Below the pieces are notes generated by a model, which did no database searches, had not been told where the DNA came from, and saw only the letters and a program-made list of their open reading frames with translations. Both the position numbers and the translations under genes were made by a program. A stretch of DNA of 64,000 nt from an uncultured Pseudomonadales bacterium (lineage in GTDB: Bacteria; Patescibacteriota; Microgenomatia; UBA1400; PJMF01), in NCBI GenBank assembly GCA_964491115.1, contig CAZBEW010000002.1, forward strand, positions 64,062 through 128,061, written 5' to 3'. How positions within the stretch are numbered: position 1 is the stretch's first letter; each line of letters begins with the position of its first letter. Below, piece by piece: positions 26,717 through 36,027 of this stretch.

Positions 26717-28732
26717 TTAATTCAAGCTCTTGGGAGCCACTTCTCGCCAGTTGATGATGCTCGATTTTAATTCAGTTGGCCAATTAATTAAGAGATCTGA
26801 ACGGTAAATAAAGTTTTCTAGGGCTTGGTAGCTATTTTGAATTTTGTAATAATTTGTGAGTGGATCGCTGGGATTATTAGTTCGGCGTTTTAATTCAACA
26901 TCTGATAATCCAACAAAAGTGCCAGCAGCAATTAATTTACGATCTGGATAAGCCGAATTTTGGCCATCATCTCCCTGACTGTTGACAATAATTTTCCCAT
27001 TGGCAATATACACGCCATCCAAATGAGAGTTGGCATATGTTACTGGGAGAGTAACTGTTGTAGCCATTGGATCAATTTTTTTACCTACATCGGATTGAAT
27101 AATAATATTGCCTGTAACAATAAAGGCTAAAAAGCCACCATTGGTGGGGTTAGTTTTTTTAGCGACACTGACGATTTTGACATTATCAGCTGCATTATTA
27201 TTAGCAATAGTTAGATTGCCGTTAACAAAAATTACAAGACTATCCTCGCTTGGTACTTGAAAATTACTACTTTGATCTATGGTAAGATTTTCATTAACTC
27301 GGAAATAATTAGTCTTGCCATTGACCCAGCTGGAGTGACTTTTCAATGTCCCCAACTTAGCTTGAGCCGCAGTGATTGTAGTAATGGTGCTGTTATTATT
27401 AGCTAAGTTATAAAAATGGTCATAGTTTAGCTTATAGTTATCAGCACTCAAACCAAGCCCAAAGGCATCTTGATTAGTGTTTCTTTTCCCTGCCCAGTGA
27501 ATGTTTTTATATCGATCGTTGGGATCAGTAGTAAGCTTCGTAGCATTAGTATTTCCCAAAAATGGAAAGCCACTGGTTAAGCCATCAGTGAGACCTGGTC
27601 TTGGTGCAAAAACTGCTGGCTGACACAGGCCACTACCTAGAGCTAGACATGTGTCAGAAGGAACAATGGATGAGATTTGATTGGTCGCAAAAGCATTAGC
27701 GCCAAAAGTTTGAAACCAGGAATCAGCATAACTAGCATCATCAAAATAAATATATACAGTTTTGCTTGGAGTTGCTTTTGGCGGGACCGTAACATTGGCA
27801 TACAAACAGGCATTTTCTTCTCCAGGTGCTGGGCTTTGGGAGCAGCTGCAGCTAGCATTAACGCCATTGGGCCAAACCTTGAGATCAAAAGTTTCTCCTG
27901 CTAGGACTCCATATAAGGTGATGGAATATTTTCCATCAAATGTTGCTCCATAACCAGAATTAGGCACAGAAGTTAATCCGTTCCAACTTATGGCCGTTTC
28001 ACCATCAGCATATAGGGGTGAAGTGGGACCAGTACACACTCCTCCAGATACAGATCCACTGCTCGACTTAATAATTCTAAGATTAATGGTTGCGTTGTAG
28101 TTAGGTGGTGGACTGACAGAAGGTGATGGACTACCAGAAGGCAGTGGTGGAGGTGTGCTGGTTGGAGGAGTGGTGGTGGGTGGTTTGATGGTTGGTGGCG
28201 CGCCGCTTGGACCAGGTCCGCTACCACAATTCGGACCACCATAATAACAACAACTGTGAATTTGTTCAATCTCAGAAACTACACAATCTGTGCCAGCAAC
28301 AATTTCACAAATATCGTCTGGATAAGCACCTGTTCCCCCATAATTTTTACAGTCACTATCTTTTGTACAGGCAACAGATTTGCCATTAGCATCTTTAGCC
28401 TCCAGACAATTTCCACTGTTCTTAGGTACTGTGATGCAGGCGGGGCCGGCATTGTCACCACGATTATAATTTAAATCACATTTGCACTGGCCTGCATAGC
28501 CAGCTCCTCCTGGTCTGCAAGTACAATATCCTGGTGACACATAACCAGTGCCCGCGCAATAACCTCGCTTGTCGGTGCAACCATTATAATATACCCCAGT
28601 GCCACCAAACTGTTCCCAACAACAGCCACCAGGGCACCAATCATGATAATCTTGAGCTGAAACAGGCCCCAAGTTGGCTAAGAAAAACAGGCTAAAAATA
28701 AAAAAAGCGGCTAGTAATAAATATTTTTTCAT
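26717..28732 (-). CDS. Secreted Cys-rich protein, candidate pilus tip adhesin
   Basis: Signal peptide; 18 Cys in the N-domain; Pro/Thr linker; beta-rich C-domain (VNGNLTI, VTGNIII) ending WREVAP; 8 nt upstream of the PilW-like gene. Confidence 0.7.
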   Translation of the reverse strand: MKKYLLLAAFFIFSLFFLANLGPVSAQDYHDWCPGGCCWEQFGGTGVYYNGCTDKRGYCAGTGYVSPGYCTCRPGGAGYAGQCKCDLNYNRGDNAGPACITVPKNSGNCLEAKDANGKSVACTKDSDCKNYGGTGAYPDDICEIVAGTDCVVSEIEQIHSCCYYGGPNCGSGPGPSGAPPTIKPPTTTPPTSTPPPLPSGSPSPSVSPPPNYNATINLRIIKSSSGSVSGGVCTGPTSPLYADGETAISWNGLTSVPNSGYGATFDGKYSITLYGVLAGETFDLKVWPNGVNASCSCSQSPAPGEENACLYANVTVPPKATPSKTVYIYFDDASYADSWFQTFGANAFATNQISSIVPSDTCLALGSGLCQPAVFAPRPGLTDGLTSGFPFLGNTNATKLTTDPNDRYKNIHWAGKRNTNQDAFGLGLSADNYKLNYDHFYNLANNNSTITTITAAQAKLGTLKSHSSWVNGKTNYFRVNENLTIDQSSNFQVPSEDSLVIFVNGNLTIANNNAADNVKIVSVAKKTNPTNGGFLAFIVTGNIIIQSDVGKKIDPMATTVTLPVTYANSHLDGVYIANGKIIVNSQGDDGQNSAYPDRKLIAAGTFVGLSDVELKRRTNNPSDPLTNYYKIQNSYQALENFIYRSDLLINWPTELKSSIINWREVAPKSLN

Positions 28733-29464
28733 TTAAAAACTGTAGTTGGCTACTGGCCAAAAATAAGCTTTGCCATTTATTTCTGGTAGATATTGGCTAA
28801 AACCTGTTTGATAAAAATTTGTTAAATCTTCTCTAGTGTAAGGAGAATCGGCATCCAATAGGCTATCAAAACCAACTCCTCTGGTTCGATTGTTTTTAAA
28901 ATCCTCATCGGGAAAATTAGCGACAATTTTAATAGTTTCTAAACCTGGTTTTTTATCTAGAGCATGGAGCATCATCGCCTCATAAAAAGCCTCATCAGCT
29001 TCTTTTACAAGTTTTAGCACACGAGCTTCTTCTGCTTGTTTAATCGAACCACCAACCAACAATAATTGTTGGGTTTCTGGCTGATAAATATGTAGTGGCA
29101 GGTAAATAGTCTCTAACTTTGCCTGGCTGTTGAGATATTGGCAGGCAATGTCGACCAAAGAGCGCCAATTACCAGGTAAAAGAGGTAGCTGTTGATAATT
29201 ACGATAAATAATCAGTTTGCTGTAATGGCAATCTAGTCGATAAAACAGGTCTCCCTCCCCTCCAGGACTCAAAGGAAAACTGTTGAGATCGGTGGGATTA
29301 GTTACTTGCGACTCAGGGGTGTTATTAGCTGTTAGTGACTCATCACTAGTTGTTTGTTCCAGTTGCAGTTGTTCTTGGATACTGGCTTTACGCCAATAAA
29401 ACAAGCCAACAAAAAGCGCTGGCAAGAGCAACAGTAATAAGTATTTCCACCACAAATCTTTCAC
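28733..29464 (-). CDS. Membrane-anchored protein, paralogue of 29544..30677
   Basis: N-terminal TM; shared W-x21-LP, YT[RK]E.L..F..TG and WP motifs. Confidence 0.75.
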   Translation of the reverse strand: MKDLWWKYLLLLLLPALFVGLFYWRKASIQEQLQLEQTTSDESLTANNTPESQVTNPTDLNSFPLSPGGEGDLFYRLDCHYSKLIIYRNYQQLPLLPGNWRSLVDIACQYLNSQAKLETIYLPLHIYQPETQQLLLVGGSIKQAEEARVLKLVKEADEAFYEAMMLHALDKKPGLETIKIVANFPDEDFKNNRTRGVGFDSLLDADSPYTREDLTNFYQTGFSQYLPEINGKAYFWPVANYSF

Positions 29465-29543
29465 TTAGTTTAGTTTAGAGATATTAAAGCTAATCGTCAA
29501 GAATGAAATGTTTTTTCCTCACCATGCCCACCGCTCTAGCTGC

Positions 29544-30677
29544 CTATGGCTGATTATAATTGCTTTCTTTAGACAAATCAGCTTGAAAAGTAACCAGTGG
29601 CCAAATGATCGGATAGCCCTCGTCATCTTTGTAACCAAAAATATGTGGATCACCAGTTTTTCTAAATTCGATTAGCTGTTCTTTAGTGTAGCGAGGGGGC
29701 TCTCCAATCATACAATCATTATTAGCATAGTCTGGGTCATCTACCGAAGCGGTAAAGAATTTAATAAAACTACCAGTGCCGTGATGGTTTTCATAGCCGT
29801 CGTTAATTACAATCCAATAGTTAATGGCTGGTCGAATAAAATTACCATTTTTATCAAGTTTATATAAATTATTTTCATCGCGAGGGAATAGTCGATCAGC
29901 ATCTTTAACATTTTGACCTGACTGAACAGATGCAGCTTTAGCCCACATTAAATAGTTTTCTTCATGAAAAGCCACCACTGGTAATTTGGCTATTTGCCAG
30001 TTACCTGCCACATCTTTAAAAGCCACTTTCACAAAAGCCATTAGTTTCCAACCACCATCAGTGGGTATCGCTTGCTCTAACTCTTGTGGATTTTTAATTG
30101 CTTCTTCTAAGCCAATCACTACGGTGGTCACCCAATTTTCTCCTTCTCTACCAAAATTTTCATGATCAATGGAGTTTTGGATGACATCTAAAGCTAGGTG
30201 GCTGCTAGTCCACTCATCAGTGGAGCTAGCTAGATCGTCAAGATTAACGCCAGCTCTTAAAATTTCAGAGCGAATTTGGGCTTGAGTTAATTCTTTAGGA
30301 GCGGCAGTGGCCTCTGGTGTAGCTGTGTTTTCTGGTGTAGCCGTTGCCTCGGGCGTAGCCGTTGCTGTTTCGGTTGGCGTATTTTCTAAAGTCGGGCTGG
30401 CAATAACTGTTTCGCTGGCTTCGGGGCTAACAATAACAACATCGGTGCCCAAGTCAGGGCTTTCTTCTTCAGGAGTTGGCTCGGCATCGCCAATTGCTTG
30501 GGTAATGGCTGGCTTCGGTTCAGTAATGCCACTTTCAGGCACACAACCAGCTGCGAGCATGGTTGCGACAATGGCTGGCCCTAAGGCTTTATAAATTTGC
30601 CTTCTTACGCTATTCCACTTGTCATGTTGAGCTGCTTCTTTATTAACTCTATCTTTTTTTTGTTCAATATTTGCCAT
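29544..30677 (-). CDS. Exported or lipoprotein-like protein with TPEATA repeats
   Basis: RR...hydrophobic...LAAGC; Thr/Pro/Ala linker; C-terminal domain shared with neighbour. Confidence 0.78.
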   Translation of the reverse strand: MANIEQKKDRVNKEAAQHDKWNSVRRQIYKALGPAIVATMLAAGCVPESGITEPKPAITQAIGDAEPTPEEESPDLGTDVVIVSPEASETVIASPTLENTPTETATATPEATATPENTATPEATAAPKELTQAQIRSEILRAGVNLDDLASSTDEWTSSHLALDVIQNSIDHENFGREGENWVTTVVIGLEEAIKNPQELEQAIPTDGGWKLMAFVKVAFKDVAGNWQIAKLPVVAFHEENYLMWAKAASVQSGQNVKDADRLFPRDENNLYKLDKNGNFIRPAINYWIVINDGYENHHGTGSFIKFFTASVDDPDYANNDCMIGEPPRYTKEQLIEFRKTGDPHIFGYKDDEGYPIIWPLVTFQADLSKESNYNQP

Positions 30678-30767
30678 ATATTTTTATTCCCTATCTATTA
30701 TTATAGGACTAGCTGATTAATTTAGCAAGAGCGAGCTTATTGGCAATTTTGCTTACCAGCTCTCCCC

Positions 30768-30796
30768 TTGCCTTTTTGCTGGCTTACCCTTAAAAT
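30768..30796 (+). promoter_or_regulatory. Sigma70-type promoter of rpmF
   Basis: TTGCCT-17bp-TAAAAT. Confidence 0.65.
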
Positions 30797-30837
30797 AAAG
30801 CCCTTATTTATCAACATTTTTAAATAAAAAGGATCTC

Positions 30838-30996
30838 ATGGGAGCTTTACCAAAAAATAAAATCACTCGAGTTGAGCAAGGTAAGCGTCGAGCAGGTAAT
30901 AAACCAAATCTTAAAAAAGATATTAAACGCGCCTCTACCCCAGCCCACAAACAGGGTTTGACGGCTAGTATTTTTAAAAAATTAGGCATTAACTAA
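30838..30996 (+). CDS. rpmF: 50S ribosomal protein bL32, Cys-free, 52 aa (not in ORF track)
   Basis: MGALPKNKITRVEQGKRRAGNKPNLKKDIKRASTPAHKQGLTASIFKKLGIN; AAGGA upstream; position before nusB and rnc. Confidence 0.82.
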   Translation: MGALPKNKITRVEQGKRRAGNKPNLKKDIKRASTPAHKQGLTASIFKKLGIN

Positions 30997-31084
30997 GTTT
31001 AATTGCTTGGCGAATCTGGCTCTTGAGTAAAAAGAAGGCAAATTCCCCCTTGCATCTTTAACTTTTTTCCCCTAATCTACTGTC

Positions 31085-31588
31085 ATGGATGAACGTCATA
31101 GTCGGCGCATTGAGCGCATGCAAATTTTGTTTGCTCGGACCTTTTTAAGGCCCCAGGATCCAGAAACGGAGCCAATGATTTTGGCTGTGCCTGATCGAGT
31201 CTGGTTTGCTGATTTGGTTGAGGAATTGCCAGATATCGACCAGCAACTGGCAGCCTATGCTCCAGAGCGACCGCTTTATGATATTAACAAAATTGATTTA
31301 GCTATTTTGCGTTTAATTGTTTTTGAAAGCCGAACTCAAGATACGCCTAAAAAAGTTTTGGTTGATGAAGCAATTGAATTAGCCAAAGAATTTGGCACCG
31401 ACAGTTCGCCAAAATTTATCAATGGAGTTTTGGGCAAAATTCTTTTTTTGCCAGAAACGCCGAAAACAAAGAAAGCAGCTAGCAAAAAAACTGCCAGCAA
31501 AAAAACAAAGAAAGTAGTCAATAAAAAAACTAAAAAAACGGCTAGTAAAAAGCCAAAAAAAGCCTTAAAAGTAGAGCAAAAAAGCTAG
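31085..31588 (+). CDS. nusB: Transcription antitermination factor NusB with Lys-rich tail
   Basis: IDLAILRL, VDEAIELAKEFG, FINGVLG. Confidence 0.95.
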   Translation: MDERHSRRIERMQILFARTFLRPQDPETEPMILAVPDRVWFADLVEELPDIDQQLAAYAPERPLYDINKIDLAILRLIVFESRTQDTPKKVLVDEAIELAKEFGTDSSPKFINGVLGKILFLPETPKTKKAASKKTASKKTKKVVNKKTKKTASKKPKKALKVEQKS

Positions 31589-31614
31589 TTTTTCATAGAA
31601 ATAGAAAGTAAATC

Positions 31615-31884
31615 ATGAATGTAGATTCGCAATTTTTTTCACAAGTCCAAGATTTATTGGAGACCATGACGGTTCTCAGTCGTCAAGAAATTAGGCCTGA
31701 GGCCAGTTTAGAAGAAGATTTGGGCTTAAATCTAGATGAAGATTTAACGCGCTTAGTTAGTTTAATCAATCGTCAGTTTGCCATCGAATTAGATCCAGAT
31801 GTAGTCATGGAAGAGCTAAGTGAAGCAGGTGCCACTGTTGCCGAGCTGGCTAAGCTAATTCACGACGAATACGAATTGGGTTAA
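31615..31884 (+). CDS. Acyl-carrier-protein-like protein lacking the DSL serine
   Basis: EIRPEASLEEDLGL...LVSLINRQFAIEL...TVAELAKLI; acidic, 89 aa; directly before rnc. Confidence 0.75.
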   Translation: MNVDSQFFSQVQDLLETMTVLSRQEIRPEASLEEDLGLNLDEDLTRLVSLINRQFAIELDPDVVMEELSEAGATVAELAKLIHDEYELG

Positions 31885-31897
31885 AATAGGCTTACTT

Positions 31898-32593
31898 ATG
31901 TTGCCAAAGTTTAATGATCCCCACTTATTAATGACGGCCCTAACTCATCGCAGTGCGCTGAATGAAAAAGAACAGTCTGGTACAGCAGCTAGCGAATCAA
32001 ATGAGCGCCTGGAATTTCTTGGTGATGCGGTGATTGAGTTGGCCAGTACCATTTTCCTTTATCAACAACGACCTAGTGATGCTGAGGGGATGTTAACCAC
32101 TTATCGTAGTGCTCTGGTGCGTACGGAGAGTTTGGCTGAATTGGCTAAAGAGTTGGGTTTAGATCAACAGATGTATCTCAGCAAAGGTGAAGAGGCTGGC
32201 GGCGGCCGTGATAATCCTAGTCTCTTGGCTGATGTGCTTGAAGCAGTGATTGGTGCGCTTTATTTGGATCAGGGCTATGCTGTAGTTGAGGAGTTTTTAG
32301 CTAAAGTCTTATTTCCCAAATTTAGTCATATTTTAAGCACTAAAGCTTATCGCGATCAGAAAAGTTTATTACAAGAAACTGTCCAAGCGCAATCCTTGCC
32401 GACACCAATTTACCGAGTAGTTAAGGAAGAAGGACCAGATCATCATAAAACTTTTACGGTTGAGGTATTAATTAATGACAAGGTCTGGGGCGTTGGGACG
32501 GGCAATAGCAAACAGCGAGCGCAGCAAGCGAGTGCGGCCATGGCTTTGCAAAAGCTAGCAGGTGAAGATGACTCGCACTCGATCTCTAGTTAG
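31898..32593 (+). CDS. rnc: Ribonuclease III
   Basis: ALTHRS, NERLEFLGDAV, DVLEAVIGALYLD, dsRBD. Confidence 0.98.
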   Translation: MLPKFNDPHLLMTALTHRSALNEKEQSGTAASESNERLEFLGDAVIELASTIFLYQQRPSDAEGMLTTYRSALVRTESLAELAKELGLDQQMYLSKGEEAGGGRDNPSLLADVLEAVIGALYLDQGYAVVEEFLAKVLFPKFSHILSTKAYRDQKSLLQETVQAQSLPTPIYRVVKEEGPDHHKTFTVEVLINDKVWGVGTGNSKQRAQQASAAMALQKLAGEDDSHSISS

Positions 32594-32649
32594 CTTTTTC
32601 CGAAACTTGCCCTTGAGATATTTGTATTTTTCTTGTAGAATCCTCCGGT

Positions 32650-33162
32650 ATGTTGAAAATTAAATTAGCTCGTTTTGGTAAAAAAAATCAAGCCCATTAT
32701 CGTATTGTGGTAAATGAGGCACGCGATCGACGCGATGGTAAATATGTGGCCTTATTGGGTCATTATTCACCAACCTATCAACCTAAAGTTTTAGAACTCG
32801 ATCTAAAAGCTTATGAATCATGGATTAGTAAAGGCGCTCAGCCTACTGAAACGGTGGCAGCTCTTTATAAGCGAGTTAAGTCAGGCAAACTTTTCCCAGA
32901 AAAAAAAGCCAAATTATCTAAAAAAGCTCAAGCTAAATTGAAAGAAGCGGCAGAGGGCAAAAAAGAGAAAAAAGAAGAAGTTCAAGAAGTGGCAAAGCCA
33001 GCAGAAGCAGTCGCAGAAGCTCCAGCAGAAACTCCTGTGGAAACACCAGAGGTGGTTGAAACAGAAGCTCCCGCAGAAGCTCCAGTAGAAGCCGAGGTGG
33101 CACAAGAAGCTCCAGCCGCACCAGAAGCAGAAGCACCAGCTGAAACAGCAGAAAAAGCTTAA
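32650..33162 (+). CDS. rpsP: 30S ribosomal protein S16 with long Ala/Glu/Pro tail
   Basis: MLKIKLARFGKK, YRIVV, RDG, LGHY, GAQPTETV. Confidence 0.97.
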   Translation: MLKIKLARFGKKNQAHYRIVVNEARDRRDGKYVALLGHYSPTYQPKVLELDLKAYESWISKGAQPTETVAALYKRVKSGKLFPEKKAKLSKKAQAKLKEAAEGKKEKKEEVQEVAKPAEAVAEAPAETPVETPEVVETEAPAEAPVEAEVAQEAPAAPEAEAPAETAEKA

Positions 33163-33170
33163 AGAAAAAA

Positions 33171-33419
33171 ATGCAAAGTTTATTAGAATTCATTTTACTT
33201 AGAATTATCAAGTTTCCTGAAGACCTAGCCATTGAAAAAAATGAAGAAGCTGGTTTTCAGAAGTATTTGATTAAGTTAAATGAAGAAGATTACGGACGAG
33301 TGATTGGTAAGGGTGGTAAAGTCATCAGAGCGATTCGCAAATTAGCTCAAGTGCGAGCGATTAAAGATCAGTTGCGCGTCAGGATTGAATTGGTCGAAGA
33401 TAAGCCCTTTACTGCTTAA
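33171..33419 (+). CDS. khpA: KH-domain RNA-binding protein
   Basis: GRVIGKGGKVIRAIR; follows rpsP. Confidence 0.9.
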   Translation: MQSLLEFILLRIIKFPEDLAIEKNEEAGFQKYLIKLNEEDYGRVIGKGGKVIRAIRKLAQVRAIKDQLRVRIELVEDKPFTA

Positions 33420-33451
33420 TAATTGCGCTTAGTTGTCAGGGAAGTTGCTTT

Positions 33452-34351
33452 TCACTGCTCAATAATTTGCCCGGTTTCGTTAACAATTTCTCCAGTTTCC
33501 TCAATAATTTGTCCAGTTTCATCAACTGTTTGCCATTCAACTTGATCGGACTCGGTATCAGTGACTGTTAGTTGATTTTCTAATTCCTCAATACTCATCC
33601 CCTGAAGATTGAATAAATTACCTCGATCATTTTTAATGATTTCTTCTTGAGTGGGTAAGTTGTTTGGAATTAATTTTTTAATTTCTTCCAAAACAATTAA
33701 ATCTTCATCTTCGATTGGCGGTAAAGCTTCGGTTAAGGTTACAGTAATCGGTTGGGTAAAATAAAAAGTTTTTAGGGTAAGGTTGGCAGTTGTTTCTATT
33801 GCACTATCAGCATTCATTTGTTGATTGAGCGAAATGTTGGTGATGGTGCTAAGCGGTGTGACCAGTTCAATTAGATTCATAAAATTTTGCACATCAGCCA
33901 AGGTGCCAGAAACGGAAAATTCTAAAACTAATTCATCGTAGAATTGTTGTCTTCTGGTTCTAGCAACTAAAGTGCTATCGGTAGCGATTTCTCCAGGAGC
34001 AAGAGAAAAGTTTTTAATCAGAGTGTTGCTTTGTAGGGCCACGCTATTAAGATTGTTGAGTAGCTCTAATAATGGTTTATAAGATGGAAGAACGCTGTCA
34101 ATTTCGGTCATTTTATTGTATTCACCATCTATTGAAATGTTATTGAGCTCGTCAACTTTTGTTTGAAATTTCTCTAGTTCTAGATTGGTTTTTTCTAATT
34201 GTGCAAAAACACCTTTAACTGGTTCGATTTGTTTTAGAACAAGCATAAATAAGATGAAAATAGCCAAGACAAAGCACAAGATTGCCAAGACTAATTCCTT
34301 GCGAGTGTTCCAAATTAATCGATAGTTGAATTTTTCTTTGTTCTCTGCCAT
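33452..34351 (-). CDS. pilO: PilO-like pilus alignment protein
   Basis: TM, coiled coil, LP, SVSGT...FMN.IE; third gene of pilM-N-O. Confidence 0.7.
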   Translation of the reverse strand: MAENKEKFNYRLIWNTRKELVLAILCFVLAIFILFMLVLKQIEPVKGVFAQLEKTNLELEKFQTKVDELNNISIDGEYNKMTEIDSVLPSYKPLLELLNNLNSVALQSNTLIKNFSLAPGEIATDSTLVARTRRQQFYDELVLEFSVSGTLADVQNFMNLIELVTPLSTITNISLNQQMNADSAIETTANLTLKTFYFTQPITVTLTEALPPIEDEDLIVLEEIKKLIPNNLPTQEEIIKNDRGNLFNLQGMSIEELENQLTVTDTESDQVEWQTVDETGQIIEETGEIVNETGQIIEQ

Positions 34352-35008
34352 TTAATTTAATTCCTCTATCAAGCTTTCTGATTCAAGATCATTGTTTATT
34401 TCTTGATCAAGATTGACATCAAATTCATCTTCTACTGGAGTAGCATCAAACAAACCCAAGTCTTCTACGGTTTTTAATTGAATTGTTAAATTTAATACAT
34501 AATTACCCTGATCTGCACGAGTTAAAGAACCCTTTTTGACATTTTTATAAGCTTCTTTGACTTGTGGAGAATCAAGGATGGCTGTGCTTTTTTCTAGAAA
34601 AAAAACGTTTTGATGATCTAAACTTAATGTTAATCCCCCGCTCTCTTCTTCGTAATTCATGGCAGTAATTGTTGCGACATCGCTCATTAAATCAGCAAAA
34701 TAATTCATTGCTGTTTGTTTGTCACTGCGTGAGGCGTAAATTTCTCCAACTGCTTTCAGTTTATTAACAAAAATTAGGTAAGATAACTCAACCGCTTCTT
34801 TTTCGACAATGGTTTGTTTTAAGCTAGTGATGTTTTTGTTTTTATCTTTAATTCTTAAATTAATTACTAGTTTTAAAGCAATAATGACTACTAGAATGCT
34901 GACGACCACTATTAAAACAATGCTGGATATTTTAAAGAGTTTTTTATCTTGTTCTCTTTGTTTTTGTTTATGTCTAGTTCGGCTAGACAAAAAGTTTATT
35001 TCTGTCAT
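34352..35008 (-). CDS. pilN: PilN-like protein
   Basis: EINFL N-terminal motif, TM, coiled coil; overlaps pilM end. Confidence 0.7.
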   Translation of the reverse strand: MTEINFLSSRTRHKQKQREQDKKLFKISSIVLIVVVSILVVIIALKLVINLRIKDKNKNITSLKQTIVEKEAVELSYLIFVNKLKAVGEIYASRSDKQTAMNYFADLMSDVATITAMNYEEESGGLTLSLDHQNVFFLEKSTAILDSPQVKEAYKNVKKGSLTRADQGNYVLNLTIQLKTVEDLGLFDATPVEDEFDVNLDQEINNDLESESLIEELN

Positions 35009-36015
35009 GATAATTTTCTCATTAACAGGCCCATACAGACGGTATAGTGCAAGTGTTTAGTTTCAGGAATTTGACCCTTTGCTGTCGCAAAAGGAGCCAT
35101 CATGATAACTTCAGCATTGACTTGTTGCGCCAGATATTGACCAAAACCAATCATTTCTGCTGGTCCTCCTGATAAAATTATTCGTTTGATTGTTTGGCCA
35201 GGATGTAATTGACTAAAATAATGCAGGGCTTTTTGAATTTCCACAACAACATTATTAACAATTGGCAGCATTACCTGCACCAATTTTCCCTCAAGTTGTT
35301 CTGCATTTAAGCCATAGTTAATTTTGTATTCTTCGGCTTGTTTGAGATCGAGACCAAAGCTTTGAGCAATAGAATTAGTGACCAATTGTGAGCCATTTTT
35401 ACTACTAAAGATGAAATCAAATAAGCCATTGGCTACCACTGCTAAGTCAAGATTGCTAGCTCCCATGTGAACAATCAGAGTTTCTGGATCGTCACTAGTT
35501 AATTGAAGAGCTCTAATAATTGAAAAGATTTGTGTTTCCATGATTGTTGGCTCAATGCCCAGGCTAAGAAAAACATCGTTTAATTTTTCAATAAAAGATC
35601 TGCGAGAAGCAACTAGCAAAACCTTCATTTTTGCCTCTGCATTTTTATTGTTTGGCCTAGCTAGAACCTGATATTCCAGCGATAAATCATCTTTTGGAAT
35701 GGGAATGTATTGTTCGGCTTGCCAACCAATAGCGCTGGCTAATTCAGCATTAGTTAGCACTGGTACTTCAATCACTTTATTGGCAATGACTGATTCGGGC
35801 AAGCTTAAGCGAACGTCGCTAGCATCAAGCTTGAAATCATTCATTAAGTTAGCAATCATTTCGCTAAATTGAGCGGTTTCTTGTTCGTTTTGCGGGATGA
35901 GGAGATTAAGTGTATTGGGAACGTCAACTGTTTGAAGCAATTGAATTTGTTTACCAGTTTTTGCCGAAATGGCTTTAATAGTATGAGTACCAATGTCTAG
36001 GGCAGTGATTGACAT
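35005..36015 (-). CDS. pilM: Type IV pilus assembly protein PilM
   Basis: ALDIGTHTIK, AEQYIP, VHMGAS, AEEYK, ILSGG, GLLMR. Confidence 0.92.
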   Translation of the reverse strand: MSITALDIGTHTIKAISAKTGKQIQLLQTVDVPNTLNLLIPQNEQETAQFSEMIANLMNDFKLDASDVRLSLPESVIANKVIEVPVLTNAELASAIGWQAEQYIPIPKDDLSLEYQVLARPNNKNAEAKMKVLLVASRRSFIEKLNDVFLSLGIEPTIMETQIFSIIRALQLTSDDPETLIVHMGASNLDLAVVANGLFDFIFSSKNGSQLVTNSIAQSFGLDLKQAEEYKINYGLNAEQLEGKLVQVMLPIVNNVVVEIQKALHYFSQLHPGQTIKRIILSGGPAEMIGFGQYLAQQVNAEVIMMAPFATAKGQIPETKHLHYTVCMGLLMRKLS

Positions 36016-36027
36016 ATTGATTAGTTT

